Assembly (NCBI GenBank): GCA_050485645.1
Contig: JBJHBT010000008.1
Span: 71,289-135,288, forward strand
DNA from: Gammaproteobacteria bacterium
GTDB lineage: Bacteria; Pseudomonadota; Gammaproteobacteria; Steroidobacterales; Rariloculaceae
Direction of reading: 5' to 3'
Length of the DNA: 64,000 bases
Part shown: one piece after another, positions 19,406 through 29,074 of the stretch
Layout of the letters: the number at the start of each line of letters is the position of its first letter
How positions within the stretch are numbered: the first letter of the stretch is position 1
Position numbers and translations under genes: made by a program
Notes under the pieces: model-generated
Database searches by the model: none
Seen by the model: the letters and a program-made list of their open reading frames with translations, nothing else
What the model was told of the DNA's origin: nothing

Positions 19406-20298
19406 CAGTCAAACCTCTGCACCCGCTTTTCGCTGCCGAGCTGATCGGCGCCGATCTCTCCGTGCCTCCGGGCGATGAACTCGTCGGCCTGGTCGAGCAG
19501 GCGATGAATCGGTACGCGGTGCTTGCGATCCGTGGTCAGCACATTGACGACGACGATCACATCCGCTTCAGCCGCGCCTTCGGCCCCCTGGAGCTGCCGC
19601 CGAACCTGGGTCTGCGCAGCTACAAACGCAGGCTGCGCGACGAACTTTACGATGCCTCCAATCTGGATTCCGACGGACAGCTGCTGGCCGAGGATTCGCC
19701 GCGCCGCACCTACAACCGCGGCAACGAGCTGTTTCACACGGACAGTTCCTTCAACGACCTGCCGACCAAGTGGTCGCTGCTGCTCGCGCACGAACTGCCG
19801 CCCGAAGGTGGCAATACCGAATTCATCGACACGCGCGCCGTCTATGACGATCTTCCCGGCGACCTCAAGGAAACACTCGACGGACTGGTCGCCGAACACG
19901 TGCTGTGGCGCTCACGTGAGCGAGGCGGTTTCACCGACGTCACCGAAGAGATGAAGCGCCTGATGCCACCGGTGCAGCACCCTGTCGTGCGTACGATGCC
20001 TTACGGACGCAAGGCACTGTATATCGGTGCGCATGCCTCGCACATCGTCGGCTGGCCGCTGGACAAAGGCCGTGAACTGCTGGATCGGCTGTACGAAATC
20101 GCCACCCGCCCGGAATACATGTACAGCCATGTATGGCATCCCGGTGACATGGTGATCTGGGACAATCGCTGCACGATGCACCGGGCCGGCAGCTTCGACG
20201 ACCTGCGCTATCGGCGCGACCTGCGCCGCACCACCGTCAACGAGTACGGCGAGGAATGCCGGACCACCGACCGGGTAACGTCGGCACAGGCCGGCTGA
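19402..20298 (+). CDS. TauD/TfdA-family Fe(II)/2-oxoglutarate-dependent dioxygenase
   Basis: MTVKPLHPLFAAELIGADL..., with the HTDSSF (His-x-Asp facial triad) and WDNRCTMHRA motifs. The start ATG overlaps the SnoaL stop (ATGA at 19402-19405). Confidence 0.9.
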   Translation: MTVKPLHPLFAAELIGADLSVPPGDELVGLVEQAMNRYAVLAIRGQHIDDDDHIRFSRAFGPLELPPNLGLRSYKRRLRDELYDASNLDSDGQLLAEDSPRRTYNRGNELFHTDSSFNDLPTKWSLLLAHELPPEGGNTEFIDTRAVYDDLPGDLKETLDGLVAEHVLWRSRERGGFTDVTEEMKRLMPPVQHPVVRTMPYGRKALYIGAHASHIVGWPLDKGRELLDRLYEIATRPEYMYSHVWHPGDMVIWDNRCTMHRAGSFDDLRYRRDLRRTTVNEYGEECRTTDRVTSAQAG

Positions 20299-20309
20299 CC
20301 CCGTCAGCC

Positions 20310-21434
20310 CTAAAGGCCTGCCGGTGATGACGACAGCGGGCAGGGTGGCGTCGCCCCACTGTCTGTAAAATCGCGATTGGCTGAGGCAAGGACATTCGCC
20401 AGCGATTCGGATGAGGGCCGGGCACCGTTGCATCGCAGCGATGCGATGGTGGGACTGTTCTGCAGAGCCACCGGTTCGATGACCGCGGCGCGCAGCTGCA
20501 GGTGGGCGAATACAGTTCTGGAAGCCGGAACGGGAACCAGTTCGCCGCGACTGTCCAGGGCCGCCGGCAGCAGTTTCATGCCCACCGTGCCGCGCACATT
20601 GCCGCCGATCGCCAGGATGCGTTCATTGGCCGTGTCCAGATGGACGACCAGGTCGCAGTGTGTGCTTGCACCATCGCCCATCTGGCGACGACGTTCTGCC
20701 AGTGAGCGGTACACGGGCCTTCGCGCCGTGCACAGCATGTCGCCCGGTGCGATGCTGGCTTCGCCAACGTCGTAGGCCGCATAGGCGGCAGAGCGGTCGC
20801 CGTTGTCGCGGGCGCTGATGGCCTGGTCGATGTAGACGTGATGGGCGATGGCGCGTCTGAATGCGGTGACCTCACCCAGTCCGGCCTCGCACATCACCCA
20901 GGAGATGAAGGCGGCAGACCACGGCTGCACCCAGCGCGACTGGCGGCCGTTCGAGCTGGTCCAGGCATCGTTCTGGCTGCTGATGACCCAGCTGCCGTCG
21001 GGCGTGGCCGCCCAGTAGCCGGCGATCGAATCCGCGACACGCTGCGCTTCGACGAGGCGGGCTTCGGAGGCCGCGCGCAATGCCTGAAGCTCGTCGTCAC
21101 TGAGTGAACCCGGTGGGCGGCGATTGCGCATCCAGTTGCTCTCGTCGGTTTCGTCGACGATCGAGAAGCCGAAGTAGGCCCACTCCTGCACGGCGATGTC
21201 GACAATGCGGCGCCGCAGCTGCGAATTCTCCGAGCGCATGCAGGGCTGCGGCTGCACGGTGAGTCGCCCCGGCTGGCCGCTGACACGGGCCGACGGTGGC
21301 AGCACGTCGAAGAGATCGATCGGCAGGCGGTCGGCGTAATCCTGTTCGCTGGCGGGCAGCTGCGCATGCAACGGCTGCATGGACGATGCCGCTACCGCGA
21401 TCGTCAGGGTCAGCAGTGTCAGAAGTCGTTGCAT
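20310..21434 (-). CDS. Secreted hypothetical protein (DUF2272-like)
   Basis: Signal peptide MQRLLTLLTLTIAVAASSMQPLHA. The segment QPWSAAFISWVMCEAG resembles what I remember of DUF2272 proteins. The family call is from memory only. Confidence 0.5.
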   Translation of the reverse strand: MQRLLTLLTLTIAVAASSMQPLHAQLPASEQDYADRLPIDLFDVLPPSARVSGQPGRLTVQPQPCMRSENSQLRRRIVDIAVQEWAYFGFSIVDETDESNWMRNRRPPGSLSDDELQALRAASEARLVEAQRVADSIAGYWAATPDGSWVISSQNDAWTSSNGRQSRWVQPWSAAFISWVMCEAGLGEVTAFRRAIAHHVYIDQAISARDNGDRSAAYAAYDVGEASIAPGDMLCTARRPVYRSLAERRRQMGDGASTHCDLVVHLDTANERILAIGGNVRGTVGMKLLPAALDSRGELVPVPASRTVFAHLQLRAAVIEPVALQNSPTIASLRCNGARPSSESLANVLASANRDFTDSGATPPCPLSSSPAGL

Positions 21435-21679
21435 GGGCCAGTCTCCGTGCCCGGGCGTTATTCATGCTGGCGGCGGCCAGCCGCATCGGTTGCTTCGGCG
21501 CCGGCCGCCTCAGCCGTGGCTTCGGGACCGCAGGTATAATGCTGGCTCACGCCGCGTCGATGCAACCGTCAGCCGCATAGACTGTATCGTTGTACTCCAG
21601 TGGACAGCCGGCCGGCATGCGAGTTCATGCCGCGCCGTCGACACCGGGCGGCATCCGCGGTCTGGAGGGCCTGAAGTCG

Positions 21680-23155
21680 ATGAGAAAATCCGAAAACACC
21701 AGCATCACCGAGCCGGCACGCCAGACCCCGATCTACGGTGACTGCGATGTGCTGGTTGTCGGTGGCGGGCCGGCCGGCACCGCGGCAGCCGTCGCCGCTG
21801 CGCGCGAAGGCGCGAACGTGGTGCTGATCGAACGCTATGGCCACCTCGGTGGCCTTTCCACCGGCGGCCTGGTGTCGTGGATCGATCGTATGGCCGACTG
21901 GCAGGGGCGGCTGGTGGTCGCCGGCATCGGCCAGGAACTGATCGACCGCTGTGGACCCGAGGCCACGCTGGGACCACCGCGGTATCTTTGGGGATCGAAG
22001 GATCAGACCGCAGCGGCCTATTGGCGGGTGCGTACCGCGGCGCTGCTGGGTACCGTGCAGTGGTCGCCCACGGTCGATCCGGAAGTGCTGAAGCTGGTGA
22101 CCCACGACATCGTCCGGGAAGCCGGGGTGCACGTGCTGATGCACAGCTGGGTGGTCAGTGCGATCACCGAGGATCGCACCGTGAAGGGCGTGATTTTCGA
22201 AAGCAAGCAGGGTCGCTACGCGATGACAGCCCGCACGGTCATCGACTGCACCGGTGACGGTGATGTATTCGCACTGGCCGGCGCGGCATACGACGACGAC
22301 TTCGACGCCGAGAGCGCTCACGCGCGACTCAACACCAGCTTCCGCATCGGCAATGTCAACATGCGTCGTTACCTGGATTTCCGCATGTTGTGGGAGAACG
22401 AATACAAGGAAGTGATGCGACTGGCGGCCGCCGAGGGCCTGAAGCTGCTGGCCCATCCCACACCGTACGAATCCGTCGCGCTGTTCCTGACGCCGAAGAT
22501 GGCCGGTTACTCGGCTTTGAACGTGGCCGATCTCACCGAGGTCGAATTCATTTCACGCGACATCGCGCGTCAGGGGCTGGCGTTCTACCGCCGCCATGTG
22601 CCCGGGTTCGAGCAGGCCTGGATACACGACACGGCGTCGCAGATCGGCACACGCCACGCCCGGCGCCTCACGGGGGTGGAGCGCATCACGATCGATCACT
22701 GGCGTAGCGACGGCAGCTGTGCGGACAGCATCGGTCTGTGTCCGGGATTCACCGAGGCTTTCCCCACGCTGCAGATTCCCTACCGCAGCCTGGTGCCGCG
22801 CGAAGTGGAAGGCGTACTCGCGGCCGGCCGCAACCTGTCTGCGGATACCAAGTCGCATGCCGCGCTGCGTGAGATTCCCGAGTGCTGGGTGATGGGCGAA
22901 GCGGCGGGCATCGCGGCGACTCTGGCGGTATCCGCCGGCGCACGCTTGCGCGACGTTGCCATCGCCGAGTTGCAGAAGAAGCTGCAGGCCCGCGGTGCGA
23001 TCATCGACCCGCCAGGCGGCGAAGAACCCGCTTGCGACGCCGGCGACACCCGCCATCAGCCGGCGGCGGCTGGCCACGGCGAGTCGAAGGCCGCCGATGG
23101 CCTGCAGGACGCCATCCACTGGCGTGCCGTTGACGACCTGCACGCCCACGACTGA
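21680..23155 (+). CDS. FAD-dependent oxidoreductase
   Basis: CDVLVVGGGPAGTAAAVAAAREGANVVLIER dinucleotide-binding motif. ATG 21680 chosen within ORF 21590-23155. Confidence 0.8.
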   Translation: MRKSENTSITEPARQTPIYGDCDVLVVGGGPAGTAAAVAAAREGANVVLIERYGHLGGLSTGGLVSWIDRMADWQGRLVVAGIGQELIDRCGPEATLGPPRYLWGSKDQTAAAYWRVRTAALLGTVQWSPTVDPEVLKLVTHDIVREAGVHVLMHSWVVSAITEDRTVKGVIFESKQGRYAMTARTVIDCTGDGDVFALAGAAYDDDFDAESAHARLNTSFRIGNVNMRRYLDFRMLWENEYKEVMRLAAAEGLKLLAHPTPYESVALFLTPKMAGYSALNVADLTEVEFISRDIARQGLAFYRRHVPGFEQAWIHDTASQIGTRHARRLTGVERITIDHWRSDGSCADSIGLCPGFTEAFPTLQIPYRSLVPREVEGVLAAGRNLSADTKSHAALREIPECWVMGEAAGIAATLAVSAGARLRDVAIAELQKKLQARGAIIDPPGGEEPACDAGDTRHQPAAAGHGESKAADGLQDAIHWRAVDDLHAHD

Positions 23156-23474
23156 CGGGCTTTCCGGACCCGATCGGAGCACCTGGTCTCGGACGCGGGT
23201 TCCGGAAACAAGCGAGCCCGGCACGAAGCCGGGCTCGGGGGATTGTCCACCAGATTGACGGGGGGAACCGGACATCTGGGAACGGCGAAATTCTCCGGTA
23301 CGCAACGAGCGTGCGCCAGACCATGTTCGATACTAGTACTGTGACTACCAGCTTGCTCGAACCCGTTTCGCGGCGCGCGCGCCGGCCTGGCCTGTTGCCA
23401 CCAGCGAATCTGGCTTTTGCCCCGCACCCGATGTGTCTATAGATTGTCCCCCTGAACGTGGATGGCGGAGAAGG

Positions 23475-25169
23475 ATGTTGGTGATGAGGGATCGAACTGC
23501 GCAATCGGGGCGGTGGCACCGGTTTCTGGTGATGCCGCTGGTTGCCGGCATGATGGCCCTGCCGGACGCTGCCCGGTCCGACTCGCCTTCGCCTGAGCCG
23601 AGCCCGCCCCGTCTCGCCGTGGGCATCGTCGTCGATCAGATGCAGTTCGACATGCTGTACCGCTTCCAGGACGAATTCGGTGACGGCGGCTTCCGGCGTC
23701 TGCTGAGCGAGGGCTTCTCGTTCGAGAATGCGCAGTTCGACTACGCGCCAACCTTTACCGGCCCCGGCCATGCGTCCGTCTACACGGGCACCACGCCGGC
23801 GGTACACGGCATCATGAGCAATGCGTGGTACGTACGCGAGTTGCAGGGCACCACCTACGTGACCGCGGATGAGCAGGTCGCAACCGTCGGATCGGACACC
23901 GACGCGGGGATGATGTCGCCGCGCTGGATGCTGTCGACCACCGTCGGTGATGAGCTGTGGATGCACAGCAACGAACGCTCGCGCGTGGTCGCGATATCGT
24001 TGAAGGACCGTGGCGCCATCCTGCCCGGCGGACACACCGGTCAGGCCTACTGGTTTGACTACGACACAGGTGATTTCATCAGCAGCACGCACTATGGTCC
24101 GGAACTGCCGTCCTGGGTGCGCGCGTTCAACGAACGGGGACTGGTTGCCCGGTACCTCACACGCCAGTGGACGCCACTGCTGCCGGAGGCGCGCTATGTG
24201 GCCAGCCTGCCGGACGACAATCCCTACGAAGCTCCGTTCTCCGGTATGGACAGGCCGGTGTTTCCCTATGATCTGAGTGAGCTGGCCGAACGCAGCGGCC
24301 CTGGCATCGTGGCGTACACACCATTCGGCGACGAGCTGCTGGTGGAGCTGGCCATTGCCGCGCTGGACGGCGAATCGCTGGGCAGTCGCGATACGCCCGA
24401 TCTGCTGGCGATCTCGTTCTCCTCACCCGACCACGTCGGCCACCGCTTCGGCCCGATGTCGATGGAAATCCAGGATCTGTATCTGCGCCTGGATCGTCAG
24501 CTGGAGCGTCTGCTGGACGAGATCGATCAGCACGTGGGGCTGGAAGACGTCATCATGTTTCTGACGTCGGACCACGGCGTCGCCCATGTGCCGGATTATC
24601 TGCGCGACCGCAATGTGCCGGTGGGGCAGATGTCGAGCCGTGCGCTGGCCACCGAGTTGCGCGCGTACCTGGAAGAACTGTACGGCGAGGATTTTGTGCT
24701 CTCGCTGAGTAACGAACAGGTCTTCTTCGACCACGAGCAGGTGCGCAGGGCCGGCGTCAGTCTCAGCGAACTGCAGCAGACCACCGCGCGGTTTCTGATT
24801 TCACGCGATGGCATTGCCGGCGCGTTGACGGCCGACGCCCTCACGTTCAGTGAATTCAGCCAGGGTCACCGGGCAAGGATCCAGCGCGGCTTTCATCCCG
24901 CCCGTTCCGGCGATGTCGTCTACTGGATGGAGCCGCACTGGATGTCTGTCTTCGGCCCGGCCGCGCGCACCACGCACGGATCGGTCTACAGCTATGACAC
25001 GCGCGCGCCACTGATCTGGTTCGGCGGCCAGGTGCCCGCGGGGCGCTCAGCCCATCCGGTGGCCATCTCCGACATCGCCTCGACGCTGGCGGTGTTTCTG
25101 CGCTCGCCGTTTCCCAGCGGCAATACCGGCAATCCGATGAATGAACTGATGCGCCGGCCCGGCGATTGA
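23475..25169 (+). CDS. Alkaline phosphatase / nucleotide pyrophosphatase-phosphodiesterase family protein (PafA-like)
   Basis: GGAGAAGG SD and a signal-like N-terminus. Motifs DQMQFDMLYRF, APTFTGPGHASVYTG (nucleophile Thr region), SPDHVGHRFGP and TSDHG. Confidence 0.85.
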   Translation: MLVMRDRTAQSGRWHRFLVMPLVAGMMALPDAARSDSPSPEPSPPRLAVGIVVDQMQFDMLYRFQDEFGDGGFRRLLSEGFSFENAQFDYAPTFTGPGHASVYTGTTPAVHGIMSNAWYVRELQGTTYVTADEQVATVGSDTDAGMMSPRWMLSTTVGDELWMHSNERSRVVAISLKDRGAILPGGHTGQAYWFDYDTGDFISSTHYGPELPSWVRAFNERGLVARYLTRQWTPLLPEARYVASLPDDNPYEAPFSGMDRPVFPYDLSELAERSGPGIVAYTPFGDELLVELAIAALDGESLGSRDTPDLLAISFSSPDHVGHRFGPMSMEIQDLYLRLDRQLERLLDEIDQHVGLEDVIMFLTSDHGVAHVPDYLRDRNVPVGQMSSRALATELRAYLEELYGEDFVLSLSNEQVFFDHEQVRRAGVSLSELQQTTARFLISRDGIAGALTADALTFSEFSQGHRARIQRGFHPARSGDVVYWMEPHWMSVFGPAARTTHGSVYSYDTRAPLIWFGGQVPAGRSAHPVAISDIASTLAVFLRSPFPSGNTGNPMNELMRRPGD

Positions 25170-25242
25170 TACGCCGGATCACGACACCGTTCCCGGCGCT
25201 CCGGGCCGCGGGGCGGAGGCAGGCGACACCCTGACCGTTCGG

Positions 25243-26133
25243 CTACCGCGTCGTCGCGCCGTCCCAATCGAACCCGGCGTAGCGCGCCAGCTCTTCGGGC
25301 GTGAGCACGCCTTCCATGCGTTGTCCGCCAACGATCCATGTGGGATAGCTGCGGATGTCGGCCACCACGCAGGCGGTGGCCACCGGCCCGTTGCGGCCGG
25401 CCGGTGAGCATTCCACGTAGGGCAGGCGGTCTGCCGATGCGCCGAACAGACGACGTTGTTCCTGGCAGCTGCTGCACCAGAACGCGCCGTAGTAGCGTGC
25501 GCCGGATTCCTCCAGATGCTGCGCCAGCGCCTGCAGGGTCGGATGCTCACGCGCCTGCAGCAGGCCGCTGTAGTACACATGCAGTACGGCAACGGCTGCG
25601 ATCAGCAGCACGGCAGTGTGCATGGCCCACTGCGGCCATGGCATGCCGGGCGCACTGTGTGGACGCCGGTAAGCCACCCACGCGAAAATCGCCGTCATCG
25701 TGCCCTGTGAGGCGAGACACCATGCGCACACGGCATCCAGCGCCACGATGCCGGTGATCGTGAGATAGGTGCTGATGGCGGTGCCGAGCAGGGCGAGGTG
25801 CCACAGTCGCCGCCAGCGTTTCAGGCCGGCGCGGGCCCGCCACGCGATCAGGCCGATCAGCGCATACAGCGCAAAGCCCCACAGTGCCACGGGCAGGCCG
25901 AGCACCACGGACCAGCGGCTGCCCTGCACGATGTCGCAGCCGGAACCGTCCGCACAGAATGCCGGCCGGTCGCCCCAGAAGGCGACAGCCGTCAGATACG
26001 CGGTGATCAGCATGCCCAGGGCGGCAAGCACCATGGCCACCCGGTCCGGTGCCGCCCGGTCGGGTGCGCGCGGCGCGCGCACGGCGGCCGCCTGTTTTCC
26101 GCCGTGGCGGGATGTCTGGCGTTTTCGACTCAT
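25243..26133 (-). CDS. Vitamin K epoxide reductase (VKOR) homologue fused to a thioredoxin-like domain
   Basis: Membrane core with loop cysteines FCADGSGC and the active-site CAWC. C-terminal soluble domain with GAFWCSSCQEQ (CxxC). Confidence 0.85.
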   Translation of the reverse strand: MSRKRQTSRHGGKQAAAVRAPRAPDRAAPDRVAMVLAALGMLITAYLTAVAFWGDRPAFCADGSGCDIVQGSRWSVVLGLPVALWGFALYALIGLIAWRARAGLKRWRRLWHLALLGTAISTYLTITGIVALDAVCAWCLASQGTMTAIFAWVAYRRPHSAPGMPWPQWAMHTAVLLIAAVAVLHVYYSGLLQAREHPTLQALAQHLEESGARYYGAFWCSSCQEQRRLFGASADRLPYVECSPAGRNGPVATACVVADIRSYPTWIVGGQRMEGVLTPEELARYAGFDWDGATTR

Positions 26134-26157
26134 GTTGGTGACTGCGTCATCCGTCCG

Positions 26158-27003
26158 TCAATGCGTCATCGCATATACCACGAAGTTGATGCCCATGCGC
26201 AATGCCGGTACCGCGAAGTCGGCCGGATAGCAGGGCAGGTCGAGATACTCCCAGGCGTCACCGAGATCGGAATTGTAGGTGATGAGCACCATCAGCCGGC
26301 CGGCGTCGTCCGAAATCCCCAGGATCTGCGGGTCGCGATCGTCGGCGGATTCCCATGTCTGTCCTCCACGGCAGCCATTGCCTCGGTTTGGAATCTGCAC
26401 GACTTCGTCGATCACGAAAAACGAACGGAACACGGGGTGCGTGAGCGGCAGCTGTTCGACGCGACGGTCGGGGAACACCTTGCGCAGCTGTGATTCCAGA
26501 TTCGCTTTCTCGCGCAGTCCCCAGAAGTCGTCGATATGCAGAAATCCGCCGCGCAGCAGGTAGCTGCGGAGCCGTTCGGCTTCCCGGGTGCTCAGATACA
26601 TCCGGCCGGGCTCGACGATGTAGGCATACGGGAACTCGAACAGATCGTCATCCATGATGGAACGGATGTTGGGGTCCGGATGCACACGCACGCCGGTGAG
26701 GCGGTTCACGCCGTCCATGAACTTGCAGTCCGCACCGGGGTAGTCGATCGCCCAGCCGCGCCCCTGCGGTGGAAAGAAATCGCCGTGTCCGCCGAGTTCC
26801 GGGCAGGTATACGGCGCCGGACGCGCCATCATGCGACCGTTCAGATCGGTGTACATCAGGCGTGTAAAAACGAAGTCCGGTGAGTCGTCGCGTCGGTCAT
26901 TCGCGCTGGCCGCGACCGCGACGATACCGGCAATGGCACCGAAGGTTGCTGCGAGTATCGTAAATCGTTTGGCAAACCGACGGGTGCGCAAACCGATCCT
27001 CAT
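26158..27003 (-). CDS. DUF4159-like exported protein
   Basis: ATG 27003 gives MRIGLRTRRFAKRFTILAATFGAIAGIVAVAASA. Motifs FVFTRLMY..., WAIDYPGAD... and FPYAYIVEPG...GGFLHIDDFWG match my memory of DUF4159. Confidence 0.6.
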   Translation of the reverse strand: MRIGLRTRRFAKRFTILAATFGAIAGIVAVAASANDRRDDSPDFVFTRLMYTDLNGRMMARPAPYTCPELGGHGDFFPPQGRGWAIDYPGADCKFMDGVNRLTGVRVHPDPNIRSIMDDDLFEFPYAYIVEPGRMYLSTREAERLRSYLLRGGFLHIDDFWGLREKANLESQLRKVFPDRRVEQLPLTHPVFRSFFVIDEVVQIPNRGNGCRGGQTWESADDRDPQILGISDDAGRLMVLITYNSDLGDAWEYLDLPCYPADFAVPALRMGINFVVYAMTH

Positions 27004-27050
27004 TCGTGTGGCAGGTGGTGATTGCTGCGAACGATAGCATGGGTGGCCGG

Positions 27051-27698
27051 CTACCGGGCGGCGGGTTTGTGCATCAGCGCAACGTCTTTGACCGGAATCT
27101 CGCACAGCCAGCCGCGCTGACCGGCAACATGACGCAGGGTGGCCTCGCGATAGAACACCACATGTGTCGGATCGCGACGGTAGTGCCAGTTCGCGAAGCG
27201 CGAGTCGTCCGTCTGAAAGCAGGTCATGATGGCCAGCCAGCCATCATCGGCCAGCAGGCCGTCCAGACGTTCGAACTCGTCCGCCGGATGGTGGAAGTGT
27301 TCCACGGTCTCGGTGCAGGTGATGAACGCATAGCGTTGTTGCAGCGCCTTGGCGTCGGGAAAGAAAATCGGGTCGTAGACAGTCATCTCATGCCCCGCTT
27401 CGCGCAGCATGGCGGCCAGCGCGGGCCCGGGACCGCAGCCGAAATCAAGACCCGGCGATCGCGGCCGGAGTCTGCGCAGCAGGGGATCGGCAAGACGAGC
27501 AAGAAACGACCGATAGCGCGGATCGTTCACGTCGTTCCGATGCAGACGATAGTGGGCAAGCTCAACGGCGGGCGACGGCAGATCGCCGGCGTCCAGGTAG
27601 CGCGCTTCGCAGGTCGGGCAGCGTCGGTAGCGACGCTGCCCGACGGTCATCAGCGCCTGCGTATCCGGTGCGCGACAGACCGGACACGGCGGGTGCAT
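27051..27698 (-). CDS. Class I SAM-dependent methyltransferase with N-terminal Cys4 zinc-ribbon
   Basis: CPVCRAP...CPTCEARY, followed by SAM motif I LDFGCGPG. Confidence 0.8.
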   Translation of the reverse strand: MHPPCPVCRAPDTQALMTVGQRRYRRCPTCEARYLDAGDLPSPAVELAHYRLHRNDVNDPRYRSFLARLADPLLRRLRPRSPGLDFGCGPGPALAAMLREAGHEMTVYDPIFFPDAKALQQRYAFITCTETVEHFHHPADEFERLDGLLADDGWLAIMTCFQTDDSRFANWHYRRDPTHVVFYREATLRHVAGQRGWLCEIPVKDVALMHKPAAR

Positions 27699-27701
27699 CG
27701 G

Positions 27702-28229
27702 TCAGGCGCCTTCCGGAACCAGCTCCGTGGCATAACGGCGACCCAGTTCCGCATAGTGGTTGGCGGACCACTCCAGTGCGCGGATCTCTTCATCGGTGAC
27801 TTCGCGCAGGCGTTTTCCGGGCGCGCCAACGATCAGCGAGCGGTCCGGAAAGTCCTTGTGCTCGGTGATCAGAGCGTGCGCGCCGACGATGCAGTGACGG
27901 CCGATGACCGCATGGCTGAGGATGGTTGCACCGATTCCGATCAGCGATCCCTCGCCGATCGTGCAGCCGTGCACGGTGGCGCCGTGACCGATGGTGACCC
28001 GCGCTCCAATCGTGGCCGGTGCGTCATCGTCGACGTGCACGACGGCATTGTCCTGCACGTTCGTCTGTTCACCGATGTCGATCAGCGCGACGTCGCCGCG
28101 TACCGTGGCATTGAACCATACGCTGGCGTCGCGGCCGAGTCGCACGCGGCCGATGACCGCCGCATTGGGGGCCACGAAGCAGTGTCCGGTATCCAGTGTT
28201 ACGCGGTGTTCGCCGAGTCTGTACAGCAT
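27702..28229 (-). CDS. Gamma-class carbonic anhydrase / hexapeptide-repeat (YrdA/PaaY-like) protein
   Basis: MLYRLGEHRVTLD..FVAPNAAVIGRVRLGRDASVWFNATVRGD, and the left-handed beta-helix hexapeptide periodicity. Confidence 0.85.
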   Translation of the reverse strand: MLYRLGEHRVTLDTGHCFVAPNAAVIGRVRLGRDASVWFNATVRGDVALIDIGEQTNVQDNAVVHVDDDAPATIGARVTIGHGATVHGCTIGEGSLIGIGATILSHAVIGRHCIVGAHALITEHKDFPDRSLIVGAPGKRLREVTDEEIRALEWSANHYAELGRRYATELVPEGA

Positions 28230-28246
28230 CTTTGGCTCCGTCGGTG

Positions 28247-29029
28247 TCAGTTTTTTGCCGGCTGCGCGCTGGCCTGGTTGGCAACCGCCTGCGCGGCGGC
28301 GGCGATGGCGTCGGCGTCGCCCAGGTAGCGGCCCGGTCCGGGTGTCAGATTCGCGGTGAACTCATACACACGCGGCACGCCGGTGGGAATGTTGAACTCG
28401 GTGATGGCGTCATCGCTGATGACTTCCAGCATCTTCACCAGCGCCCGCAGGCTGTTGCCGTGCGCGGCCACCAGTACATCACGCCCGCTCATCAGGTCGG
28501 GCACGATGTGGTCTTCCCAGTAGGGCAGTACGCGATCCAGGGTCGTTTTCAGCGACTCGGTGGCCGGCAGTGCGCCGGGCGCGACACCTGCGTAACGGCG
28601 GTCATGACGTGGATGACGCGGATCGTCGGCACTCACCGGCGGCGGCGGAATGTCGTAGCTGCGGCGCCAGATCCTGACCTGGTCCGCACCATGACGTTGC
28701 GTGGTTTCGGCCTTGTCCAGGCCCTGCAGCGCACCGTAGTGGCGCTCGTTCAGTCGCCAGTGGCGGCGCACGGGAACCCAGGTCAGCTCCATCTCATCCA
28801 TGATGAGCCACAGGGTGCGGATCGCGCGCACCAGTGTCGATGTATGGGCAACATCGAAGCTGAAACCCTCCGCGGCCAGCACGCGGGCCGCATCGCGTGC
28901 TTCGCGTATGCCTTGCTCGGTGAGATCCACGTCGGTCCAGCCGGTGAACAGATTCTTGAGGTTCCATTCGCTCTGGCCGTGGCGAACGAGTATCAGGCGT
29001 CCCGGGCGGACGGTGCGGTGATCAGGCAT
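28247..29029 (-). CDS. gpmA: 2,3-bisphosphoglycerate-dependent phosphoglycerate mutase
   Basis: [29 protein letters not shown] catalytic-His motif, and the RHYGALQG motif. Confidence 0.95.
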   Translation of the reverse strand: MPDHRTVRPGRLILVRHGQSEWNLKNLFTGWTDVDLTEQGIREARDAARVLAAEGFSFDVAHTSTLVRAIRTLWLIMDEMELTWVPVRRHWRLNERHYGALQGLDKAETTQRHGADQVRIWRRSYDIPPPPVSADDPRHPRHDRRYAGVAPGALPATESLKTTLDRVLPYWEDHIVPDLMSGRDVLVAAHGNSLRALVKMLEVISDDAITEFNIPTGVPRVYEFTANLTPGPGRYLGDADAIAAAAQAVANQASAQPAKN

Positions 29030-29074
29030 GGTGCCGACGTCTCCTCTGTGTAGGTGGCAACGCAGTCTACGCTG

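Noticed and set aside
23329-23351. The motif upstream of the PafA-like phosphatase as a canonical Pho box.
   Set aside because: Only CTGTGAC loosely resembles a CTGTCAT half-site. No second half-site occurs at the 11-bp spacing expected for PhoB.
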